Shown here one piece after another: positions 15,836 to 24,038 of a stretch of DNA of 31,869 nucleotides. The stretch is from Verrucomicrobiia bacterium (GTDB lineage: Bacteria > Verrucomicrobiota > Verrucomicrobiia > Limisphaerales > BOG-1460), in NCBI GenBank assembly GCA_035648815.1, contig DASRKU010000372.1, positions 1 to 31,869 of the forward strand, read 5' to 3'. The position numbers were made by a program, and so were the translations under genes. The notes under the pieces are model-generated. The model did no database searches and was not told the origin of the DNA. It saw only the letters and a list, made by a program, of their open reading frames with translations. Within the stretch, counting starts at the first letter, position 1; every line of letters begins with the position of its first letter.

Positions 15836-16465
15836 ATGAAACGCAGTCTCTTAGCTGTAATTCTGGGAATTTCCTTTGCGACAACAACGACCCGCGGCAC
15901 AGGCTTTATCTACTTCGCTAATTACGGGGATCCTGTTTCAAATCCGCTGAGTTGGGCTTCTCAACCGGAGTTGGCGCCGCCCGGATTGGCCGGGCAGCCG
16001 GTGACTGATCCCAACGTCCAGATCCAGTTGTATTGGGCGCTCGGCAGCTTTGGCGATCTCAATTCGTTCCTGGCGGCGGCTCATCCGGGAATTTTTGCCA
16101 CACTGATTAACTTTATACCCGGCTATGAAGGCGACTATGGCACTGGCATCGCCCAGGTCTTGGATAACTGGACGGACGGACCGGTGACCTTCATGGTTCG
16201 AGCGTGGGAAACTGCAGGTCCCTTTGGCGGGCCGACCTTCGAGAGTTCAAGCCTCAGGGGCCAATCGGCTTTGTGGGAAGAAGTCGCCGCAGCCGATCCG
16301 TTTTCCTACGGGATTCAGGATTCCTTGCCCGGCGGCTCCTTCGCCATGGGGCCTCCGGAAATGTCTCTGAGCCTGGTTCCCGAACCGATGGCGCCCAGTC
16401 TGGTAATTCTGGTAATATTGGGGTTATCAGGATTGAACATGATGATCCGGCGTCGGCGCATGTAG
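15836..16465 (+). CDS. PEP-CTERM sorting domain-containing protein, 209 aa
   Basis: Signal peptide MKRSLLAVILGISFA; C-terminal VPEP, hydrophobic helix, RRRR; VTFMVRAWE core. Confidence 0.85.
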   Translation: MKRSLLAVILGISFATTTTRGTGFIYFANYGDPVSNPLSWASQPELAPPGLAGQPVTDPNVQIQLYWALGSFGDLNSFLAAAHPGIFATLINFIPGYEGDYGTGIAQVLDNWTDGPVTFMVRAWETAGPFGGPTFESSSLRGQSALWEEVAAADPFSYGIQDSLPGGSFAMGPPEMSLSLVPEPMAPSLVILVILGLSGLNMMIRRRRM

Positions 16466-16725
16466 CCACTACTTCGTTGGCCCGATCATAATAAATCCAT
16501 CCCGGAAGTCAGCTGTTGCCCCACAGGATGCTGTTTTCGATCCAGCCAGCGCACCCAGACAGATCAATGGCACTGTAGGCTGCGTTTTCGCTGAAACGAT
16601 TGTTGTGTCCGCGAAGCTTGCGGAAGCAACACTATTCAGGGTCGACAACACGATATCAGTTTCGTATTTGGGAAGATTAGCTTCCGGCTTTGTCACTTGG
16701 GGCAGTAAGCCAATTGCCGTCATTC
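16466..16725 (-). pseudogene. Possible degenerate fragment of a parallel beta-helix protein
   Basis: A minus-strand frame interrupted by four stops reads ...SSQIRN*...NNRFSENAAYSAIDLSGCAGWIENSILWGNS*; ENSILWGN is typical of beta-helix repeats. Confidence 0.3.
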
Positions 16726-16780
16726 AACAAAGAGCAAACACCTCACGAGCGGTTGGCAAAACGCAGGTGACCGGGAAGGA

Positions 16781-16807
16781 TGGCCGCGCTCTCACGAGAC
16801 GCGGCCA
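16781..16807. other. GC-rich intergenic hairpin upstream of GH30
   Basis: tggccgcg...cgcggcca 8-bp stem plus inner tctc/gaga; no U-tract on the + strand. Confidence 0.3.
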
Positions 16808-16920
16808 CAAAGAATTGATTCCGAGCCGCCGTTGGCGCAGGAGGCGCAATCGTCTTGACAAGACAACAGCTCCAGCCGTTTCCTCGTTTGTGCAGCGGCC
16901 GTGAACTTCTACCCGAAAAA

Positions 16921-18372
16921 ATGAATACATTGAAAACCTCCAAACTTTGCGCCGACTGGCGTTGGTTGATCCTCAACGGAATTATTTGCGGTCTGTTGGC
17001 TCTCCCGGTTTTCGGAGAACAATTGAATTACAAAGAGGCGCACGTGTATGTCACCGCCGCCGCCCCGGTGCAACTCGGAGCGGATTGCGGCACTTGCGCC
17101 TTCGCGCCGCTGGATCAGCCGGACGAGGATTTTCCAACCATCCTGATCGATGAATCGAAGACCTTCCAGACCATCGTGGGCTTTGGCGGAGCATTTACCG
17201 ACGCGGCGGCTGACACCTTTGCCAAGCTGCCGCGAGATGCCCAGGAGCAATTTTTGAAAGCATGCTTCGATCCGGTGGCGGGGAACGGCTACACCCTGTG
17301 CCGGACGACGATTCACAGCTGCGATTACGCATCGGCGATGTACACCTACGACGACGTGGCCGGAGACAAGGATTTGGCGCACTTCAGCATCGAGCACGAT
17401 CGAACTAACCGGCTGCCGTTCATCCGGCGAGCCGAAGCTGCGACCGGGGGAAAGCTTGTGCTGTTCGCGTCGCCGTGGAGTCCGCCGGGATGGATGAAGA
17501 CGAACGGCGAGATGTTGCACGGCGGAAAGCTCAAGGCCGAGTACTTCCAGACCTGGGCGAATTATTTTGTGAAGTATCTCAAGGCCTATGCGGCCGAAGG
17601 CGTGCCGATTTGGGGGGTAACGGTGCAAAACGAGGCGGCCGCCACTCAGGTTTGGGAGTCATGCATCTTCACGGCCACGGAAGAGCGGGATTTTGTGCGC
17701 GATCACCTGGGGCCGGCCTTGCACCAAAACGGTTTGGCGGACGTCAAGCTCATGGTTTGGGATCATAACCGCGGGATCATGATTCAGCGAGCGGCGGCGG
17801 CTTACGAAGATCGGGAAGCCTCCAAATACATCTGGGGAATGGCCTTTCACTGGTACATTGGAGATCATTTCGACAATGTGCGGGTTGTCCACGACGCTTT
17901 TCCGGACAAACACCTGTTGTTTACAGAAGGCGCGGGAAGCGGCACCTGGGTGTCGGCCTATCGCCTGGCCAAAAACGTGATCTCGGATCTGAACAACTGG
18001 ACTGAGGGCTGGACTGTCTGGAACCTGCTGCTCGATCAGAACGGCGGTCCGCGCCATGCCGGAGGGGAGCACGGCAGCACGATCGTCAACGCCGATACCC
18101 GGAGCGGCCAGGTCACGTTCAACCCGCCGCATTATGTCTTCGGCCAATTCTCCCGGTTCATCCGCCCGGGGGCAAAGCGCATCGCATGCACGTCCAACGA
18201 CGATGATTTCCTGGCCACGGCATTTCGCAATTCCGATGGCAAACTGGCGGTGGTGGTGGAAAACCTTGGCGATCACCAGACCTTCTTCCAGGTCTGGATC
18301 AACGGACAGGCAGTGAGGTACTCGAGTCCGCCCAGGGCGATCATCACGATGGTTCTGCAGCCGGCGGGTTAA
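16921..18372 (+). CDS. Glycoside hydrolase family 30 (glucosylceramidase-like), secreted, 483 aa
   Basis: KTFQTIVGFGGAFTDAA, CRTTIHSCDY, LFASPWSPPGWMKTN, TVQNE (acid/base), AFHWY, LFTEG (nucleophile), WNLLLDQNGGP, SRFIRPGAKRI. Confidence 0.92.
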   Translation: MNTLKTSKLCADWRWLILNGIICGLLALPVFGEQLNYKEAHVYVTAAAPVQLGADCGTCAFAPLDQPDEDFPTILIDESKTFQTIVGFGGAFTDAAADTFAKLPRDAQEQFLKACFDPVAGNGYTLCRTTIHSCDYASAMYTYDDVAGDKDLAHFSIEHDRTNRLPFIRRAEAATGGKLVLFASPWSPPGWMKTNGEMLHGGKLKAEYFQTWANYFVKYLKAYAAEGVPIWGVTVQNEAAATQVWESCIFTATEERDFVRDHLGPALHQNGLADVKLMVWDHNRGIMIQRAAAAYEDREASKYIWGMAFHWYIGDHFDNVRVVHDAFPDKHLLFTEGAGSGTWVSAYRLAKNVISDLNNWTEGWTVWNLLLDQNGGPRHAGGEHGSTIVNADTRSGQVTFNPPHYVFGQFSRFIRPGAKRIACTSNDDDFLATAFRNSDGKLAVVVENLGDHQTFFQVWINGQAVRYSSPPRAIITMVLQPAG

Positions 18373-20273
18373 CGGGCCACAGGCGCGCTGATCCCGCGAC
18401 CTTCTCTGTCAGCGCCGTTTTTTGCCAACGGCAGCCAAACCTTGTATGGCGATCCCGTCCCGCCCGCATCGGCAAACGGAATGAGGCGGATTCTGCATGG
18501 CGAGCCTTCGGGCAAAGCGCCTTCCCGGTGCGTGGCCACCGCATTGACGCTGAAAACCTGTGCGCCTGGCCAGTTCTTTTGCTCCTCAGGCGCGGGCTCG
18601 GGCTTGATGTCCAGCGCGGTCAGGTCCGCCCCGGCCAGTGCCAGATCGTTGATGGACTCCCCTGTGTTGGCCAGCAGCGCGTCATCCGCCGCCAGGACCA
18701 GTGGTCCATAAAGAATTGCCGCCTTGCCTTGATTCAGGTGATCTCCAACAACCACAGCGCCCTCGAGCTTCATGTTCAACTCAATCGAATCATTCCGGAA
18801 CCACTTTCGTCGTACGGCGAGGTAACCGGTCGCTCCCGCTTTCGTTTCCACATCCCGGTTGTTGACCCGGACGGAAAACGACCGGCACCACGCGGGAATT
18901 CGCAGCTTCACTTCAAATGATTTCGGCCGGTCAGGTTCCAGCGTGATGCGAACATGCCCATCGCCGGGGTAAAGAGTTGCATTGGTCATTCCAACTTTCG
19001 TCCCGTCGCGCAAATTCAGTTGCGCCGTTCCCGCGTCGTAAAGGTTGAACACCAGTCCGTCGGCATCCGAGCTGACCGCAAACGTGGGAATGAGCGCAAC
19101 TCCCCGAGGGCCGCTGGAAAGGCAGCAATTGCCATCCATCGTGCTGCTGTAAGGTTTGGTGCCTTCCATTTGCACATAATAACCCCAGGCAGCTCCGTCG
19201 CAGCGCTGCGCGCCGAATAACTGATTCAAAATGACGCGTTCCAACTGTTCGGCGAACCTGGCTTCGCCGGTGAGCCGCAACAATTGCGCGTTGAATTGGA
19301 GCCAGGTGACCGTGACACACGTCTCGCCCACATTGGCGACGTTCGGCAGATCGAAATCACCATGAAAGACCTCCTTGTAACTGGCAGCGCCAGTAATATA
19401 GAGACGATTGTTCACGATGTCCTGCCAGGCGTTCAAGCATGCGTCCAGAATCCGGCGATCACCCACCGTGCGGTAATACTCCAGCGCTCCATTGAGGCAG
19501 GATAACATTTCATAAGCCTTGCCGTTTCCAACCTTGTCCACGCGTTTGAGCGCCAGCAGCGCGGAAACTACTTTGGGCCCGTTCGGCTGTTCCCAGGCGC
19601 GAAGGATGTATTTGCAAAAATCGAGATACTTCGCTTCACCCGTCATCCGGTACAGCAATACCATCGGCTCCAGGACGCTGGTCGGGGCCATCCCCACGTG
19701 GTGGCCGGCGGCGATAATGTCGCGTTGCCCGGGTTGGTCACCGAACGTACGGCAGAGCAAATCACCCATCCGGCGGCAAGCGGCGAGAGGATTCACAGTG
19801 CCAGTGTAACGGACATACGTGATCAGGCCGATCAGGTTGTACTTGTGCGCCCAGACGTCCCATTCGGTCCATCGATTCTTTTCCAGGTAAGTTCCCAAAT
19901 AGCCATCAGCAAGCTGGCATTTGACCAACTCCGCCGCCACGTAATCCATTTTCTGACGCAGCAACGGATCGCCGGTGTTGACCCAGGCCAGCGTGGCTGC
20001 ATGCAGCCACTTCCCTGCGTGTTCACCATCCCATGTCTGCCTTCCCGGGCGCTTGCGGTAACCTTCCAACAAACGTTCGGGGTCAATCTTTGCCAGGCGA
20101 TTCGCTTCGCTGGCTTGGATACGCGTCCCGATCCATCCCTTGAGTTGCGTTCGATCCGGTTGGACGAAATCTTGCGCATCGGCAACCATGCAAGTCACCT
20201 TTTCTGGAAGAGGCGTCATTGCGGCCGTTAACGGCAATACAGTCAGAGACCACAGGACAACCGTTGATTTCAT
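18369..20273 (-). CDS. GH127/GH146-type beta-L-arabinofuranosidase-like protein (DUF1680), secreted, 634 aa
   Basis: Signal peptide from ATG 20273; WDGEHAGKWL, DGYLGTY, KAYEMLS, LYITGAAS, GETCVTVTW, ERVILNQLFGAQ, NCCLSSGPRG, LRIPAW, YGPLVLA. Confidence 0.9.
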   Translation of the reverse strand: MKSTVVLWSLTVLPLTAAMTPLPEKVTCMVADAQDFVQPDRTQLKGWIGTRIQASEANRLAKIDPERLLEGYRKRPGRQTWDGEHAGKWLHAATLAWVNTGDPLLRQKMDYVAAELVKCQLADGYLGTYLEKNRWTEWDVWAHKYNLIGLITYVRYTGTVNPLAACRRMGDLLCRTFGDQPGQRDIIAAGHHVGMAPTSVLEPMVLLYRMTGEAKYLDFCKYILRAWEQPNGPKVVSALLALKRVDKVGNGKAYEMLSCLNGALEYYRTVGDRRILDACLNAWQDIVNNRLYITGAASYKEVFHGDFDLPNVANVGETCVTVTWLQFNAQLLRLTGEARFAEQLERVILNQLFGAQRCDGAAWGYYVQMEGTKPYSSTMDGNCCLSSGPRGVALIPTFAVSSDADGLVFNLYDAGTAQLNLRDGTKVGMTNATLYPGDGHVRITLEPDRPKSFEVKLRIPAWCRSFSVRVNNRDVETKAGATGYLAVRRKWFRNDSIELNMKLEGAVVVGDHLNQGKAAILYGPLVLAADDALLANTGESINDLALAGADLTALDIKPEPAPEEQKNWPGAQVFSVNAVATHREGALPEGSPCRIRLIPFADAGGTGSPYKVWLPLAKNGADREGRGISAPVAR

Positions 20274-20685
20274 GTGCCGGCAGGAGTTGTAGAGGATTGC
20301 ACGGATCGGCGCCAGTGCTCCTTCGACGTTTCCTGCAACGTGACCCGCGGTCAAATATCTGGAACAGATGGGCCATGACGATCCGCGCGGATGGCGTTAT
20401 GCATTTGAGCCAGCGATGCGCCCCAGCGTCCGGCCTTTTGACACCGCGCTGACAGGTTCCATAAAGGGTTTAACCTGACTGTTTACAATGCCGCACGCGG
20501 GCGTCAGGCCTCATTTCTCCGCCTCTTCCCGCCTGGCATCCGCACTGGCACATAGGCTGCTCCATGTTTGTCCACACAGTCGCAACAAATGTTTAGATTC
20601 GCCCAGCTACAAACAACGGGTCGGCCGTAGAGGACGATAGTTCCTGCCGGAAGCGCCTTCAGCAACTGTATTCACCATTACTTAC

Positions 20686-23600
20686 ATGAACGATTCCAAC
20701 CTGACGAATTTTCAAGGTTCTGCGGCTTCCGCAGCGCCGAAGGATAGAGGGTTCACCCCGTGGCAACGGCTGAAGACCAAGCGCATTTCGTATCTGGCGC
20801 TGCCGTTGATCGTGATGGCGACAGTGGCGGAATTCGTCATTCTGTCCATCGGCTGGAAATATCAAAGGACGGTTTGCCTGCCGCATGGAATGGGAGTGAC
20901 ATTCTTTGGCATCGGCCCGATCGGCGCGACAATTCTGATGGTGGAGTTGCTCAAGCTGCCGCTGGCTGCGTGGACCGCCTCCCGTTACGGCTGGATGAAA
21001 AAGTTCATGCTGGTGATGGGACTGCCTCTGATTTGTGTGCTGACTTTCCAGTTGGTCAAGGACATGGCGGTTTACGAAATGGGCGTTGCGCTGACGCCCG
21101 CGAGCGAAATGCTCGAAAAGGCTTCCGAGCAGGAAGTCAAAATCGTCCAACTCAATGGTGAGCTGGCGGCCATCCAGAAGAAGAAGGCCGACCACGACAG
21201 CAAGCTCGCCGAGTTGGCCGCGAGGAAAGCCAGGACCGAGGCCGATATCGAGGAATCGCTCAAGCGCAATGACGAGGCGCGCCACGATGCTATTTCGCTG
21301 ACCGACTACCAGAAGTCGGAGTTGTCCGACATGGCAGCGCGTCAGCAGACGATCATCAAACAGGCCGATGCCGACGCCGCGCAGCTCACGAAAGCCCTCG
21401 CGGACCTGCGCGCCCGCCGCGAACCTGAGTTAGCGCTGGCCAGCAAGTGGAACGCGGAGCAAGCGCGCCTGGAGAACAAATACAAGGCGAAGATGGCCGA
21501 TTACGCCAACAAGAAGGCGGCCTATGACAAAGCCAGGGCGGAGTACGACAATGCGAACTTTCTCAAGCGCAAGTTGATGAGTGAACCTGTGGATCCTGGC
21601 GTGCCGCCGGAGCGCGAGGAAAATACAATTCTCAAGCCAACGCAATTTGCCGAACTCGATGCGCAGATCAAAGCCAAGGAGGCTGAACTGGCAGGGGTGA
21701 ACAAGAAGCGGCGCGATACGGTTGCCCAGGTCGAGTTTGACGCCCGCCAAATGCGCCTGAATTTCGATAATCGCTCCAGCACCAAGCGCGAAGAGGCCGA
21801 TCGGAAGCGAGAACAGTTGCTGGCCTCCCGGGCTGCCCTGAGTACCCAATTCGCGGCGGAACAAAAGCAGCTTGACGGCGAATACGAATCGGCTGCCGGC
21901 AAGGCTGACGGGGTTCGCGCGGAATTGGATGGCTGCCGCAAAAAGGCCCAGCAGTATTACGAAGCGCGTGTGGCTTCCATCAATAACACGCAAGTGTTCC
22001 GCATCGCCACCACCGTGGAAATCATCCGGGGCCTGGTGTTTGGGAAGCATCCCGTCTCGATTACCGCTACCGCCAAAGAGCGCGGCGATCGGTACACCGA
22101 CCAGATCAGCATGGTTCGCATCTGGGTTTATCCCGTGCTGGCGTTCATCATCGCTTTCCTTCCGACGTTGATGGTGGAGGTCGGTTTCACCACACTTTTT
22201 GAGCCCGAAAAGCAGCGTCCTCAGCACCGCCTGGGCTTCCTGGGCCGCCGCATGCACTGGCTCTACACCCGCGCCGGTCGCCTGAAGATTTTACGCGCCG
22301 AGCGCATGGCCAGGGAGGCCTCCGCCCAAATCGCCTCTCGCGATGCCGCGCTCGCCACCGGGAAAGCGAATGCGGAACAGGTCCTGGCCGAAAAACAAAT
22401 CGAGCTGCAATCTGTTCTCGACGCCATGAGCGCCGGCGCGGCGAGACACGAACAGGACGCCAAACAGAAGGAAGAGGCTTGGGTCGCCAAACTGGCGGCG
22501 ATGGCGGATTCGCTCAATCGCACGGTTCTTGAAAAAGACGCGTTGCGCGATTTTCAGAAGTCCGAGATCGAACGCCAGGTGCAACTGCGCCAGAACGCGT
22601 GGTCTGATCGCATCACCCAATTGCGCCAGGAATTGGACGAACAGCGCGCCGCCGCAGAAACAGAGCGCACGGCTCTCATCCAGGAACAGCACGCCAAGTT
22701 GATGCAGGTGACCGAGGACTGCAAAGCCCAGGTGATTGAGGCGCGTCGCCGAATGGCAAAGGCCGAACTGGCGGCCACGGAGAAATCCTCGAAGTTGTCA
22801 CAGGATTTGAAGGAGGCCTTGAGTGTCCGGGATGTGGCGCAATCCGAACTGAAGCATCAGGCCGATGCGTACACCGTGCAGTTATCGCAAATCCAGGAGG
22901 AAGCCGCGCGCGAAATGGACAAGGCTGTGCGCGAGGAAAAGCACCGATCCGAGAAGCAGCAGTCGGAATTTGAAAAGACGCTGCGTCAGCGCGAGGAGGA
23001 CTTCGAGCGGCGGCTGAATCAACGAGAACAGGAGCTGTCGCTCGCCTTCGACGCGCGCGTGGCCGAGGAGAAGACCCGGGCGGAGCAGGACGTCCGCAAT
23101 CGCGAGAAGGAGCTGGCTGCCCAATTTGAAACCCGCGCTCGCGAGGTGGACGCGCGCTGGAACCAGGAGTTGCAGCAGCGGGAAGACGCGGTCCAGAGCC
23201 GGCTCAAACAGCGCGAACAGCAATGGCAGGCCCAGGCGGAACTTCGATTGCAGGATGTCCAGGCGCAGGCGGAAGGCCAGATGCGCCTGCGCGAACTGGA
23301 ATTCGAACGCCAGCTTGAGGCCCAGTCGCGAGATGCTGAATCGCGGCGGAACAAGGAATTGCAACAGCAGGAATTGGCGTTTCACGCAAAACTCAAGCAG
23401 CGCGAGCACGAATTGGCCAACAGAGCGGCCGCTCGCGAGGCTGAAATGCAAAACCAACGGGCTTCGGATTTGAGCACCCGCCAGGAGGATTGGCAACGAC
23501 AGGCCGAGTCGCAGGTCCGCGCCGTGGAAATCCGCCTTGCTCACGAGGCGCAACAGAAGGAAGAATCATTCGAAAAGAAGATCCGGCAACGCGAGCAGCA

Positions 23601-23970
23601 GTTGCAGTCGCAGTTTGACGCGCGGCAACAGGAACTGCAGTCCAAGTTCAACGAGGAACTGCGACGCCGCGACGCTGAGTTGGCGGAGGCCAGCCAGCGC
23701 GAGCAGGACTTGACGGCCAAACTGGTCGCGCACGCGGAAACCCAGCTCCTGGCCGAGAAAGAATGGGAAACAAAACTGGAGAGAACGCGCGGTACGATTG
23801 CCCCTCTCCGGACGCTCGTGGCGCGAACTGAGAAAGAGCGCGATGAAGCCATGCAATCCGCCTCAGAGAGCTCGCGTCAGGTGCAGCAACTGAAGCGGAA
23901 GTCCATGGAGGCGTTCTCGTTGCTCAACGGCTGGAAAGATAAAGAACACCCGGATGGCGAACGGGACTGA
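20686..23970 (+). CDS. Large membrane-anchored coiled-coil protein of unknown function, 1094 aa
   Basis: Three N-terminal hydrophobic segments, ~330 aa E/K/A-rich helical region with one Pro-rich hinge, a fourth hydrophobic segment (IWVYPVLAFIIAFLPTLMV), then ~570 aa Q/E/R/A-rich, nearly Pro-free tail. Confidence 0.85.
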   Translation: MNDSNLTNFQGSAASAAPKDRGFTPWQRLKTKRISYLALPLIVMATVAEFVILSIGWKYQRTVCLPHGMGVTFFGIGPIGATILMVELLKLPLAAWTASRYGWMKKFMLVMGLPLICVLTFQLVKDMAVYEMGVALTPASEMLEKASEQEVKIVQLNGELAAIQKKKADHDSKLAELAARKARTEADIEESLKRNDEARHDAISLTDYQKSELSDMAARQQTIIKQADADAAQLTKALADLRARREPELALASKWNAEQARLENKYKAKMADYANKKAAYDKARAEYDNANFLKRKLMSEPVDPGVPPEREENTILKPTQFAELDAQIKAKEAELAGVNKKRRDTVAQVEFDARQMRLNFDNRSSTKREEADRKREQLLASRAALSTQFAAEQKQLDGEYESAAGKADGVRAELDGCRKKAQQYYEARVASINNTQVFRIATTVEIIRGLVFGKHPVSITATAKERGDRYTDQISMVRIWVYPVLAFIIAFLPTLMVEVGFTTLFEPEKQRPQHRLGFLGRRMHWLYTRAGRLKILRAERMAREASAQIASRDAALATGKANAEQVLAEKQIELQSVLDAMSAGAARHEQDAKQKEEAWVAKLAAMADSLNRTVLEKDALRDFQKSEIERQVQLRQNAWSDRITQLRQELDEQRAAAETERTALIQEQHAKLMQVTEDCKAQVIEARRRMAKAELAATEKSSKLSQDLKEALSVRDVAQSELKHQADAYTVQLSQIQEEAAREMDKAVREEKHRSEKQQSEFEKTLRQREEDFERRLNQREQELSLAFDARVAEEKTRAEQDVRNREKELAAQFETRAREVDARWNQELQQREDAVQSRLKQREQQWQAQAELRLQDVQAQAEGQMRLRELEFERQLEAQSRDAESRRNKELQQQELAFHAKLKQREHELANRAAAREAEMQNQRASDLSTRQEDWQRQAESQVRAVEIRLAHEAQQKEESFEKKIRQREQQLQSQFDARQQELQSKFNEELRRRDAELAEASQREQDLTAKLVAHAETQLLAEKEWETKLERTRGTIAPLRTLVARTEKERDEAMQSASESSRQVQQLKRKSMEAFSLLNGWKDKEHPDGERD

Positions 23971-24038
23971 CCTATCTCGCAAGTGTGCGGAGTGAACGTC
24001 GCTGAGATGCCGGGTCTGTAGTAGCAGCCAAGCCCAGT

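Noticed and set aside
16469-16723. 84-aa minus-strand ORF MTAIGLLPQ...
   Set aside because: No motif, RBS or signal; an alternative frame explains the region better.
20344-20478. Protein-like 44-codon stretch PAVKYLEQMGHDDPRGWRYAFEPAMRPSVRPFDTALTGSIKGLT
   Set aside because: It could be another gene relic, but I cannot assign a family and it has no supported start.
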